A DNA stretch of 64,000 nucleotides from Acidobacteriota bacterium (GTDB taxonomy: Bacteria; Acidobacteriota; UBA6911; RPQK01; JAJDTT01): positions 1,248,001-1,312,000 of the forward strand of contig OZ242374.1 of the NCBI GenBank assembly GCA_965209055.1, read 5' to 3'. This document shows positions 1 through 9,259 of this stretch, piece after piece. How positions within the stretch are numbered: the first letter of the stretch is position 1; each line of letters starts with the position of its first letter. The notes under the pieces are model-generated. The model did not search any database. It saw nothing but the letters and a program-made list of their open reading frames with translations, and was not told the origin of the DNA. The translations under genes and the position numbers were made by a program.

Positions 1-2
1 GA

Positions 3-2282
3 TCCTTCCTGACGCGCCTGCTTGCGGGAACCTCGCTCTGGGTCGTTGGAGGGGGCGCCAGAGCCGTCCGCAAGGCCGGGGTTGCAACTTCCGCCTCCGA
101 TCGCGACGAGGGCATCTTTGCCTACATCGCACGCTTGAAAGGCCGATTCGACCCGGCGCTCTACCGGCAACTGCTGGGGGCCGCCAATGAATTCAAGGAA
201 GGAGACCAGGCCATCGGCGTGGCCGCAGCGGACGAGCAGGCGCGAGCCCGGGCCCGGGCCCTGCTGGCCAACACTCGCGTCGGCGACCTGATCGCCCGTC
301 CGGTCTTCGAAGACTCCGTTTCGTCGTACATCGACACCGTGGTTGACCGCGAGATCACCCGAACCGTCGCCGGCTGGACGCTGGCCGGCCTGAAACGTTT
401 CCTGCTCCGGAAAGAGGAAGCTGCCATCAAGGGCATCATGCCCGGTCTGCCCAGCGACATCATCGGGTGCGTGGTCAAGTTGATGAGCAACGAGGAACTG
501 ATCGCGGTGGGACGGAAGGTCTTCAATCCGCTGCCCCATTCCAACCTCGGCGCCAAAGGGTACATGGGCGCCCGGATTCAGCCGAACTCGCCCACGGACA
601 ACGTCGACGACATCCGATGGCAGGTCTTCGACGGGTGGTCGTACGCCGTCGGAGACGTGGTGCTGGGAACCAACCCGGTCTCCAGCGAAGTCGCTTCGGT
701 CGCCTCCATTCAACGCGCTCTGGCTGAAATCCTGGAGGTGTTCGGCCTGGAAGACGCGTTGCCCCATTGCGTCCTCTCCCACGTCGACGTGCAGGCCGAG
801 GTGGAACGGCGGGACCCCGGGTCCACCGCGATCTGGTTCCAGAGCCTCGGCGGCGTCACGGACGCCAATACGACCTTCGACCTCTCCGTCGAGAAGATGG
901 TGTCCCACGCCGAGCGGAGGACGGGGAAGTACGGCTTCTACTTCGAGACGGGACAAGGCGCCGATGCCACCAACGGTCACGGCAAAGGCTTCGACATGGT
1001 GCTGCACGAGGCGCGCAAGTACGGGTTCGCCCGGGCCCTGGTCCACCAGGTCGCCAAGGCGCAGCGCAGCGCCGGCCGGACGCCGGCGCCCTGGCTGCAC
1101 CTGAACGACGTGGCCGGATTCATCGGGCCGGAGATCTTCAGGACCCGTGAGCAGCTCGTTCGCTGCTGCCTGGAGGACACGGTCATGGGCAAGCTTCACG
1201 GTTTGCCCATCGGCCTCGACATCTGCTCGACGCTCCACATGGACATCGATCTGGACGACCTGAACTGGTGCATCGAACGGGTGATGCCCGCCAACCCGGC
1301 CTATCTCATGGCGCTGCCCACCAAGAACGATCCCATGCTGAGCTACCTGACCACCGGTTTCCTGGATCACGTCCGTGTCCGCGAGAAGTTCGGGTTCAAG
1401 GTCAACGACGTGATGTGGCGTTTCTTCCAGTCCCTGAAGGTGATCGACGCGGAGGGAAGGCCCACGGAGCATTTCGGCCAACCCACGTGGGTCTATCTCC
1501 AGTACCTGCGGGCCAAGGGCGACCGGCGACCGGACCGGGAGATCCTGGCCGAGGGCAGGCGCCGGATTGCGGAGGTGCGGAAACGCGGCGTGTTCATCGC
1601 GGAGGGGCACGGGAAGAACCCCTGGGATCCGGAGCCCCGGCTCCGGCAACGAGTCCGCTATCTCTACCGGGATTCCAAGAAGTGCATCCGGGCCGAACTG
1701 CCCAAGGACTTCGAAACCCGGCTCCCCTCGGCGATCATGGTGAAAAGCCGGTCCAGGGACCGCAACGACTACATCCTGCATCCCCCCACGGGAGAGGAAC
1801 TGGACGCCGCCTCGGCCTCGGCCATTCGCCGTCTGGCCCAAGCCCGCGGGGACCGCTACGACGTGCAGCTCGTCATCTCCGACGGCTTGAACGCCTACTC
1901 GCTCACCGACGACGGCCATCTGAATCCCTACCTGGCGGCTCTTCGGGCCCGCCTCGAAGCCGCCGGCCACGATTTGGCGCCGGAGCACATCGTGGTGCGG
2001 AACGGACGGGTCCGCGCCGGCTACCGCATCGGCGAAATGCTCTTCGGGAACCTGGGCGAGACCGGCCGCAGACGCGCGATCCTCCACGTCATCGGCGAGA
2101 GGCCCGGATCGGGACACCACGCCTTCTCCGTCTACATGACCCGTTCGCCGGTCCGCACCTGGGCCCGCGCCGGGGTCACCGACCACAACATCACCAAGGT
2201 GGTTTCCGGAATCGCGGACACGGCATTGGATCCGGTGACGGCGGCCGCCGACACGGTGAGGATCCTGTCACGGACGGCGTAG
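3..2282 (+). CDS. eutB: Fused ethanolamine ammonia-lyase large+small subunit (EutB-EutC), 5'-truncated by the window edge
   Basis: EutB motifs (ARIQPNSPTD, GDVVLGTNP, YFETGQG, NDVAGFIGPE, LEDTVMGKLHGLPIGLDIC) are followed in frame by EutC motifs (SRDRNDYILHP, DVQLVISDGL, GRVRAG, IGERPG). The frame is open to position 3, upstream of the called TTG at 135. Confidence 0.85.
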   Translation, partial: SFLTRLLAGTSLWVVGGGARAVRKAGVATSASDRDEGIFAYIARLKGRFDPALYRQLLGAANEFKEGDQAIGVAAADEQARARARALLANTRVGDLIARPVFEDSVSSYIDTVVDREITRTVAGWTLAGLKRFLLRKEEAAIKGIMPGLPSDIIGCVVKLMSNEELIAVGRKVFNPLPHSNLGAKGYMGARIQPNSPTDNVDDIRWQVFDGWSYAVGDVVLGTNPVSSEVASVASIQRALAEILEVFGLEDALPHCVLSHVDVQAEVERRDPGSTAIWFQSLGGVTDANTTFDLSVEKMVSHAERRTGKYGFYFETGQGADATNGHGKGFDMVLHEARKYGFARALVHQVAKAQRSAGRTPAPWLHLNDVAGFIGPEIFRTREQLVRCCLEDTVMGKLHGLPIGLDICSTLHMDIDLDDLNWCIERVMPANPAYLMALPTKNDPMLSYLTTGFLDHVRVREKFGFKVNDVMWRFFQSLKVIDAEGRPTEHFGQPTWVYLQYLRAKGDRRPDREILAEGRRRIAEVRKRGVFIAEGHGKNPWDPEPRLRQRVRYLYRDSKKCIRAELPKDFETRLPSAIMVKSRSRDRNDYILHPPTGEELDAASASAIRRLAQARGDRYDVQLVISDGLNAYSLTDDGHLNPYLAALRARLEAAGHDLAPEHIVVRNGRVRAGYRIGEMLFGNLGETGRRRAILHVIGERPGSGHHAFSVYMTRSPVRTWARAGVTDHNITKVVSGIADTALDPVTAAADTVRILSRTA

Positions 2283-2302
2283 CCCTCCCGCGCAGGGGGC
2301 CT

Positions 2303-3217
2303 TCAATTCCGCAGCCGGAGCATCCGGGCCCCGTTGTCGTAGGTGATCCTCCTCAACATCAGGGGGTCGGGAAGATACTCCCGCAGGCGGTCCAGCGACC
2401 GCTGGGCGATGCAGTAGCCTGGCGGGTAGGTCGCACCCCTGCCGTCGTGGCAGTAGCAGTCGCTTCCCCAGAGCAGCTTGCGCGAGTGACGGGCGACGAA
2501 ATCGGCGGCGAAGTCCGGGTCCCGGCTGAGGGAATTGAGTCCCGACCCCGCCGAAAGGTCTCCGAACATGTTGGGATAGTCGGACAGGAGCCTGTCGGTG
2601 AGACCGCCCTCGACGACCCGGCCCCGCCCCTCGCCGTCCCGGCTGATGTTGGCCCACCAGGTTCCGGCGTGCCCCAGGAAATTCACCTGCGGATACCGCT
2701 CCAGGATCTTGTGAAACCGGTCCAGGCCGTGGTTGTGCCGGGAGCCGAAATGCAGCAGCACCGGGACTCCGTACTCCCGGGCCACCTCGTACACCCGGCG
2801 CATGGGAGCGGAGTCGGCGGGCACCTCGAACTTCTGCTCTCCGATGCCCCGGGCCCCCTTCTCCAACTGCTCGCGCAGAACCCGGGTCGAATCTTCGCGC
2901 TCCGGGTCCACGTTGCAGAAAGTGACCACCTCGTCCGGATACCTGCGGACGTGGCTCCAGGCCGCCTCGTTTCCGCTGATCCTCCCGGTCATCCAGCCGT
3001 CCGCCGGAAGCAGGACCGTCGTCTTGACCCGGTGGAACCTCTGGTGGCGAATGAGCGTTTCGGCCGGGCGGCCGTCGAAGTCCGGGTGCTGGTGGATGTC
3101 AAGGATGAGCAGGGGTACGCCCGCCTCTCCACGGATGCCGGAAGCGGCCAGCAGCGGCAGGCCCAGACCAGCTCCGCCCACCCGGCGCAGCAACTCCCGG
3201 CGATCGATCCGCCTCAT
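2303..3217 (-). CDS. Amidohydrolase_2 family metal-dependent hydrolase with Tat signal
   Basis: ATG at 3217 overlaps the stop of the upstream gene. MRRIDRRELL leader; DIHQH, GIGEQK, VLLH, FLGHA and LLWGSD motifs. Confidence 0.8.
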   Translation of the reverse strand: MRRIDRRELLRRVGGAGLGLPLLAASGIRGEAGVPLLILDIHQHPDFDGRPAETLIRHQRFHRVKTTVLLPADGWMTGRISGNEAAWSHVRRYPDEVVTFCNVDPEREDSTRVLREQLEKGARGIGEQKFEVPADSAPMRRVYEVAREYGVPVLLHFGSRHNHGLDRFHKILERYPQVNFLGHAGTWWANISRDGEGRGRVVEGGLTDRLLSDYPNMFGDLSAGSGLNSLSRDPDFAADFVARHSRKLLWGSDCYCHDGRGATYPPGYCIAQRSLDRLREYLPDPLMLRRITYDNGARMLRLRN

Positions 3218-4833
3218 GGCGCCGGCTCTTGCCAACCGAGACCGAAGACCCGCTCTTCCCCCGGGTCGTAGAGGCAGGTGACGACGAAGAGATCCTCTTT
3301 CCGGGACCGCTCCGGTGGAATGTTGACCTGGACATAGGTGAAGCCCCGGGCAACCCAACTCAGGTAACCCTCCCGGGGCGAGACGGGCGCGAGGCGGCCG
3401 TTGACCCGGACCTCGGATAGGCGAGCCTTGGGATAGGGGATTCGCAGGCGAAGCGAAAGCCCGTTTTCGATGGGCTCGCTCTCCGTCATCGGCGGCAGCT
3501 CCGACTCGTCGGCGCGGCCCGACATCAAAAGGAGATGCGCCTTGAATTGTCCGTCCGCATCGGGATGGTCCTTCAGCGCCGACTGGATGGGTCCGGCTTC
3601 GATGCTCCCGTGCTCGCCGATTCGCCGGGCGAACCGGGGAAGACTCTTGTCCGCGAGCCAGCGGCGGGCGGCTCTTCCGGTGGTGGAGCAGACGAACAGA
3701 ACCATCCCCTCGGTCTGAGGGTTGTTGAGTGCGGTGACGATCTGTCCCTGCTTGTTCCAGAGCTCCACCCGGGACCGGCGGCGGGCGGCGGCCGTCTCCC
3801 CATAGGCGGTGACGAAGTGAAGCTCGTTCTTGAGGATGACCCGTGTGGGGTAGCCGGGATAGTACTCGCCGGGCCAGATCTCGTGGCCGATCTCCAGCAG
3901 GCGGCGATGACGCAGGAAGCTGCTCCGTTCCCAGGCGTTCTCGTTGGCGAAGGCCAGAGTGTGGTAGTGCTCGTAGCCGTAGGTCGCCGCGTAGTAGAGG
4001 GGCCTTCCGCTCCACAACTTGGACCCCAGCTCCTCGATCTCCGGTCCCCAGTAAATCCGTTCCGCGTCCTGCTCCAACTGGTCGGAAGGGTAGCCCTCGG
4101 CCAGCGCGGCCTGGTCCATCTGCCGGATGATCTCGTGCTTGTACGACTTCAGGGCGATGTTGGAGTAGGCCGCCCCCGAGTTCTCGGCCATGATGTAACC
4201 GCGAAACTGCATTCCGGTCCCGTGGTAGTCGGCGTGGAGTTCGGCCTGGAGCTCGTCCATGAGACTCTTTGCCGCCAAGGCCTCCGGCATCTGCTCCGGG
4301 TACAGGGGCCCCTCCCGGTTCCACTCCTTGTAGGTATCCCGATTGTGGCTGTTGCGCAGGCTGCCGGCCACGTAACCGTCCGGGTTGACCACCGGCATGA
4401 AGGCGATCACCTGCCCCCGGAGGATCTCTCGGGCGCCCGGACTCCCCTTCAGCAGCCAGTCCATGAGATAGAAGATCCCGGTGGCGGCCGAACGTTCCCC
4501 ACCGCAATGGAGCGCCGTAATCAGGACATGCTCCTTTTGATCGGCGGGGGCGCCGGGGTCGGTCAGAACCGCCGCCAGCAGAGGCCGGCCCTGGGCCGAC
4601 TTCCCCAGCTTCCGAAGCGTCATGATCCGGGGGTGGGCCTTCTGCCATTCCAGCAGCCGGTTCTCCAGTTGGGGGAATGTGGGATGGACGGCGGGACCGA
4701 ATTTGGGACCCGGGGCCGCGCCCGCCTTCAACGGCAAGCCGCAGAGCAGGATCGCGAGCATCAGGATGGCGCCGTACGCCCGCTTCATCCCGGTGCCGGC
4801 GGGAACGGACCGATCGAAAGTGGATCGAGTCAT
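3214..4833 (-). CDS. Secreted M14-family zinc carboxypeptidase-like protein
   Basis: Signal peptide (alternative start ATG 4788), LGKSAQGRPL, ALHCGGE, PVVNPDG and ADYHG motifs. Confidence 0.7.
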   Translation of the reverse strand: MTRSTFDRSVPAGTGMKRAYGAILMLAILLCGLPLKAGAAPGPKFGPAVHPTFPQLENRLLEWQKAHPRIMTLRKLGKSAQGRPLLAAVLTDPGAPADQKEHVLITALHCGGERSAATGIFYLMDWLLKGSPGAREILRGQVIAFMPVVNPDGYVAGSLRNSHNRDTYKEWNREGPLYPEQMPEALAAKSLMDELQAELHADYHGTGMQFRGYIMAENSGAAYSNIALKSYKHEIIRQMDQAALAEGYPSDQLEQDAERIYWGPEIEELGSKLWSGRPLYYAATYGYEHYHTLAFANENAWERSSFLRHRRLLEIGHEIWPGEYYPGYPTRVILKNELHFVTAYGETAAARRRSRVELWNKQGQIVTALNNPQTEGMVLFVCSTTGRAARRWLADKSLPRFARRIGEHGSIEAGPIQSALKDHPDADGQFKAHLLLMSGRADESELPPMTESEPIENGLSLRLRIPYPKARLSEVRVNGRLAPVSPREGYLSWVARGFTYVQVNIPPERSRKEDLFVVTCLYDPGEERVFGLGWQEPAP

Positions 4834-5552
4834 GGACCCGGCCCGCCATCCGCGACGGCGTCTTCCCGCCCGGTCCGGGAACCGCTCTCCATGAACTCCA
4901 GAATCGGTCCCATGGGTCGCAGACCCGCCACCGCCAGATCGGGGCCGCAGTCCTTCAGTTCATCGAGCCCGTAGTTGCCGGTGGCAACCGCGATGGTGGT
5001 GGCGCCCGCGGCGCGGCCGTGCCGGACGTCCCGGGGGGTGTCGCCGATGACGAACACTTCCCCTACCGCCAGCGGAGCCGCCAATTCGCTTCCCCGGCGG
5101 ATGGCGGCCCGGATCAACTCGGTTCGATCTCCCGAATCGGAGCCGTATCCGCCGAAAGGGAAGTAGGAGCTGAGCCCCGCCCTCTCCAGCTTCAATCGCG
5201 CTCCGGTTTCGACGTTTCCGGTGGCCAGTCCGATGAGAAAACCGGGATCGGCCGAAAGCCGGATCACCAGTTCCCGCGCTCCGGCCAGGACCTGGAAGCC
5301 GGGGCTCCGGCGAACTTCGTCCGGCAGGATGGACAGGTAGATGTCATAGAGGTCCTGTCCGGGTTCATCGTCCACGCCGTATTTGGAGACGATCTCTTGA
5401 ATGATCAGGGGGTCGGTCTTCCCGTCGAACCGAATCGCCGTCCAATCGGGCTCGATCCCATACCGAATCTGGAAGGCGCGATACAAGGACCTCGTACCGG
5501 CCCCTCCGGAGAGGAGGAGGGTCCCGTCGATGTCGAAGAGGACGAGCCTCAT
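4830..5552 (-). CDS. HAD-superfamily hydrolase (phosphoglycolate phosphatase-like)
   Basis: LFDIDGTL, ATGN and IGDTPRD motifs. Confidence 0.85.
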   Translation of the reverse strand: MRLVLFDIDGTLLLSGGAGTRSLYRAFQIRYGIEPDWTAIRFDGKTDPLIIQEIVSKYGVDDEPGQDLYDIYLSILPDEVRRSPGFQVLAGARELVIRLSADPGFLIGLATGNVETGARLKLERAGLSSYFPFGGYGSDSGDRTELIRAAIRRGSELAAPLAVGEVFVIGDTPRDVRHGRAAGATTIAVATGNYGLDELKDCGPDLAVAGLRPMGPILEFMESGSRTGREDAVADGGPGP

Positions 5553-5559
5553 GCGTCGG

Positions 5560-5568
5560 ATTATAACA
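5560..5568 (-). promoter_or_regulatory. Extended -10 (TGtTATAAT) 7 nt upstream of the HAD ATG; probable leaderless transcript
   Basis: Minus strand reads TGTTATAAT-CCGACGC-ATG. Confidence 0.55.
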
Positions 5569-5606
5569 GCCGGTGAAGCAGGCCGGACAAGGGAGGCGGG
5601 GCGCCC

Positions 5607-6569
5607 CTACGTGGGCGGGTTGACCAGGTTGTCTTCGGTGGGCCGCCTCCCCTCGAGCACCGCCATCATGTCCCCTGCCACCGTTTCCAGGACTCCCCGC
5701 TGGGCACCCAAAGTCGCGCTCCCCACATGAGGAGTCAGAACCGCGTTGGGATGCCGAAAAAGGGGATGGGACCGGTCGGGCGGCTCGTCGAGGAAGACGT
5801 CGAGGGCCACGGCCCGCAGACGGCCCGTCTCCAGTGCCTGGTAGAGAAGATCGTGGCTTTCGACCAGAGCCCCTCGTCCCAAGTTGACCAGGATCGAACC
5901 CGGCTTGAAGCTCCCGATGTTCTTCGAATTGATGAGTCCGCGCGTCTCCCGGTTGAGAGGGGGATGCAGGCTCACGATGTCGGATCTGCCCAGAAGCTCG
6001 GGCAACGGCACCGCTTCCACGCCATGGTCCGCCACTTCATCCGGCGCGAGATTGGGGCTATTCACCAGGACCTTGCAATCGAACGGCGCCAGCAGCCTCC
6101 GGACCTGCCTGCCGATGCGGCCGTACCCCACGATTCCGACCGTGGCCCCTTGCAGATCCAGGTTCCGCCTCCCGTAGCGGTCCTTCCATTCCCCTTCCAG
6201 GAGCACGCGGCGCCAGTGGGGAAGGTTCTTGGCGGCGGCCAGCATCAGCGAGAGCGTGTGCTCCGCCACGGCCCGGGCCATGGCCCCGGGCGTATAGACC
6301 ACCGGGACGCCCCGCCTGGACGCCTCCGCCACGTCCACCGTGTCGTAACCGACGCCGGCGCGTCCGATGACCCTCAGGTTCGGAGCGGCTCTCATCATGC
6401 CGGCATCGATGAGGACCGGTCCCCGGGCCAGGATTCCCACCACCTCCGGACTCATCCGGGACAGGACGGCTTCCCGGGTGAACTGATCGGAGAACAGCAG
6501 CGTGTAGGGGGAGAACAACTCGCGAGCCCACGCGGGCAGGGGCCCGGTGGAAGCGATCGATTCAGACAT
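5607..6569 (-). CDS. D-isomer-specific 2-hydroxyacid dehydrogenase (SerA-like)
   Basis: RAGVGYD, GIVGYGRIG, NLGRG, LDVFLDEP and LTPHVG motifs. Confidence 0.85.
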   Translation of the reverse strand: MSESIASTGPLPAWARELFSPYTLLFSDQFTREAVLSRMSPEVVGILARGPVLIDAGMMRAAPNLRVIGRAGVGYDTVDVAEASRRGVPVVYTPGAMARAVAEHTLSLMLAAAKNLPHWRRVLLEGEWKDRYGRRNLDLQGATVGIVGYGRIGRQVRRLLAPFDCKVLVNSPNLAPDEVADHGVEAVPLPELLGRSDIVSLHPPLNRETRGLINSKNIGSFKPGSILVNLGRGALVESHDLLYQALETGRLRAVALDVFLDEPPDRSHPLFRHPNAVLTPHVGSATLGAQRGVLETVAGDMMAVLEGRRPTEDNLVNPPT

Positions 6570-6605
6570 GGGCGAAACCTGGAACGATTGAGCGATCCGG
6601 CGGGC

Positions 6606-7106
6606 TCAGGCCTCGTCCGTCCGGCCTCCCAGGCGATGATCCAACATGACCAGCGCCGCCGGCTGGTCTCCGATCATGGCCAGTTGCGCCAGGATGTCCA
6701 GAATGGTCTTTTCTTCCTCCACCTGTTCCTGGACGAACCACTGCAGCTCCACCTCGGTGGGGTAGTCCTTCTCTTCCTGAGCCAACCGGTAGAGCTCGTG
6801 AATGGTCCGCGTCACCGACTGCTCCTGCCTCAGCGCTTCCTCGAACATGACCCGGGGAGACTCGAAATCCAATTGGGGCTGAGCGATGCTGCCGAGCCGG
6901 ACCCGGCCCCCGCGGTTCTGGACATAGTCGAAAAGGCGCATGGCATGGCCCCGCTCCTCCTCGCTCTGGGCCCGCATCCAGGCGGCGAACCCGGGCAGGT
7001 TCTGCGAATCGCTGTACCCCGACATGGAGAGGTAAACGTACGAAGAGTAGAACTCGCTCCGGATCTGCTGGTTGAGGGCTTTTTCGATCTTAGTGTTCAG
7101 ACTCAT
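6606..7106 (-). CDS. ftnA: Non-heme ferritin
   Basis: MSLNTKIEKALNQQIRSEFYSSYVYLSM, EERGHA and WFVQEQVEEE ferroxidase motifs; AAGGAGG RBS upstream of ATG 7106. Confidence 0.9.
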   Translation of the reverse strand: MSLNTKIEKALNQQIRSEFYSSYVYLSMSGYSDSQNLPGFAAWMRAQSEEERGHAMRLFDYVQNRGGRVRLGSIAQPQLDFESPRVMFEEALRQEQSVTRTIHELYRLAQEEKDYPTEVELQWFVQEQVEEEKTILDILAQLAMIGDQPAALVMLDHRLGGRTDEA

Positions 7107-7235
7107 GCTTCCTCCTTGGCGCCACCATGATGACACAGAGGGGAGACCAGATTGCCGGTCCGATGCCGCGACGACCTCTGCCACGGACTGCTAGACTACG
7201 GGAAGCTGGCGGCAAGCATTTTCGCAATCGAGACG

Positions 7236-7682
7236 ATGTCGGAATTGACCACGATCACCTTGGGCCTTCTTCTCTTTCTTCCTTCAGTGGAGGCTCGATC
7301 CGGCACGGTGCAGGTCCAGGGACGGCTGATCTGCGTGGAGGCCGGCACCGAGCCGCCTGAACCTGTCGATTGTCCGTCCGAGGCTCCGGTTCGCGCCCTG
7401 CTGGATGAAACCGGACGCCTTTACCGGTTCCTTCCCGACGATCCCAAGGTCACCATGTTTGACGATCCCCGGGTCCGGAGGCGGGAACTCCAGATCACCG
7501 CCCGCCTGAACCCGCCGGACCGGTTGGAGATCGTCCGGGTCAAGTCCATCGTGGACGGGCGCCTCCACCATCTCTACTACCGGTGCGAGGTCTGCCACAT
7601 CACCGCCTACGCGTACGGACCCTGCTGGTGCTGCCAGGACGAGTTCGAGTTTCGCGAGACCCTGACGCCTCCTCCTCAATGA
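7236..7682 (+). CDS. Secreted hypothetical protein with C-terminal CxxC...CxCC motif
   Basis: Hydrophobic leader and YYRCEVCHITAYAYGPCWCCQ; start chosen at ATG 7236 within ORF 7152..7682. Confidence 0.6.
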   Translation: MSELTTITLGLLLFLPSVEARSGTVQVQGRLICVEAGTEPPEPVDCPSEAPVRALLDETGRLYRFLPDDPKVTMFDDPRVRRRELQITARLNPPDRLEIVRVKSIVDGRLHHLYYRCEVCHITAYAYGPCWCCQDEFEFRETLTPPPQ

Positions 7683-7736
7683 CGGGACGGGGGAATTGAA
7701 ACCAGCCGAAACACAATACGGAAGGGACGACCCACC

Positions 7737-8792
7737 ATGCTGACCGTCGATTCTCACCTGGACCTGGCCTTCAACGCCTTGGAATGGAACCGGGACCTGA
7801 CTCAACCCATCCACGCCATTCGGGAATCGGAGGCCGGCATGGGGCAGAAGGGCAGGGGCGCGGGCGTCGTGAACTATCAGGAATTGCGCCAGGGGCGGAT
7901 CGGCCTGTTCTTCGCCACGGTCCACTGCCGGATCGCCTCCCTGGGGCGCCGGTTCGCGGGGGTCCGGAACCAGGACATCGCCTACGCCAAGGCCCGGGGG
8001 GAGCTGGCCTACTATCGGATCATGGAGTCCAAGGGAGTGCTCCGCCAGATCCGGAACCTGGAGGAACTCGAATCCCATCTGGAGGAATGGGACCGCAACC
8101 CCTCCTTCGCGCCTCTGGGATACGTGTTGAGCATGGAAGGATCCGACCCCATCGTGAGTCCCGAACAGGTGCCCGAGTGGTGGGACCAGGGCCTCCGCCT
8201 GGTCAGCCTGTGCCACTACGGCGTGAGCACCTATTCCCACGGCACGGGCGTCCCGGGAGGACTGACTCCACGAGCCCCTGAGCTGTTGCGGGCCCTGGAG
8301 GAGGCGGGAATGATCCTGGATGTGAGCCACTTGGCGGAGCAGGCCTTCTGGGAAGCGCTGGACCAGTTCGGCGGCCCGGTCGGGGCCACGCACAACTGCT
8401 GTCAGGCGCTCTGTCCGGGAGACCGCCAGTTGAACGACAAGCAGATCCGGACCCTGATCAGCCGCGGGGGCGTCATCGGAGTGGCCCTCGACGTCTGGAT
8501 GCTCTCACCGAGTTGGAGCGGCGAGGACCAGGACAACAGCGCCATCAGCCTGGAGACGGTGACCGACCATATCGATCACATCTGCCAGTTGGCCGGCGAC
8601 GCCCGCCACGCCGCCATCGGATCGGACCTGGACGGAGGATACGGCAGGGAGCAGTGTCCGCACGATCTGCATACCATCGCCGACCTGGGGAAGATCCCCG
8701 ACCTCCTGGAAAGGCGCGGCTACAGCCTGGAGGACGTGACCTCCATCATGGGCGGCAACTGGGTCCGGCTGCTGCGGGAAACCTGGAGCTGA
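7737..8792 (+). CDS. Membrane dipeptidase (peptidase M19 family)
   Basis: VDSHLD, SMEG, LDVSHL, ATHNC and IGSDLDG motifs. Confidence 0.88.
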   Translation: MLTVDSHLDLAFNALEWNRDLTQPIHAIRESEAGMGQKGRGAGVVNYQELRQGRIGLFFATVHCRIASLGRRFAGVRNQDIAYAKARGELAYYRIMESKGVLRQIRNLEELESHLEEWDRNPSFAPLGYVLSMEGSDPIVSPEQVPEWWDQGLRLVSLCHYGVSTYSHGTGVPGGLTPRAPELLRALEEAGMILDVSHLAEQAFWEALDQFGGPVGATHNCCQALCPGDRQLNDKQIRTLISRGGVIGVALDVWMLSPSWSGEDQDNSAISLETVTDHIDHICQLAGDARHAAIGSDLDGGYGREQCPHDLHTIADLGKIPDLLERRGYSLEDVTSIMGGNWVRLLRETWS

Positions 8793-8832
8793 CGGCCGGT
8801 TTCGCCCGTCAGACGGCGTTCGGGGCGGAGCG

Positions 8833-9255
8833 TCAAGTCTCCCAGAAGCCGGGAACCGGGACCGCCTCGTCCTCTCCCGGCCAGGGAGGCATGGTGACGA
8901 TGACGATCTCCAGCGGCCCGGCGCCCGTGTTGCGGAATTGAAAACGGGTGCCCAGGGGGATGTCCACCGCCGTCCCCGGACCCACCGCCTCGACGGTCCC
9001 CGAGGCCGCCTCGGCGGGCTTGCGCCACAGTTCTCCGGTTCCCCGCAGGAAGTACCAGATCTCCTCCACGGTCCGGTGGAGCACCGGGCTCGACACCTGG
9101 CCCGGGGCCAGGGCGCAGTGGACCATGCTCCCACCCTTCAAAGCGGGCAGGAACCGGATCCGGGACCCGTCGGGCGCCAGACAGTCATAGCCCGCCTCGC
9201 CTGCTTCCCGCGCGGGCCGATCCAACAGCCGGCTGGAGATCCGCCTGGTCTGCAT
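8833..9255 (-). CDS. Cupin-domain protein
   Basis: APDGSRIR, HRTVEEIWYFLRGTGELWR and FQFRNTG; start ATG 9255. Confidence 0.75.
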   Translation of the reverse strand: MQTRRISSRLLDRPAREAGEAGYDCLAPDGSRIRFLPALKGGSMVHCALAPGQVSSPVLHRTVEEIWYFLRGTGELWRKPAEAASGTVEAVGPGTAVDIPLGTRFQFRNTGAGPLEIVIVTMPPWPGEDEAVPVPGFWET

Positions 9256-9259
9256 GGAG

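Noticed and set aside
2303-4849. 848-aa ORF as a single protein
   Set aside because: Only the last 304 aa (from ATG 3217) are a real amidohydrolase; the upstream part overlaps the M14 peptidase in another frame.
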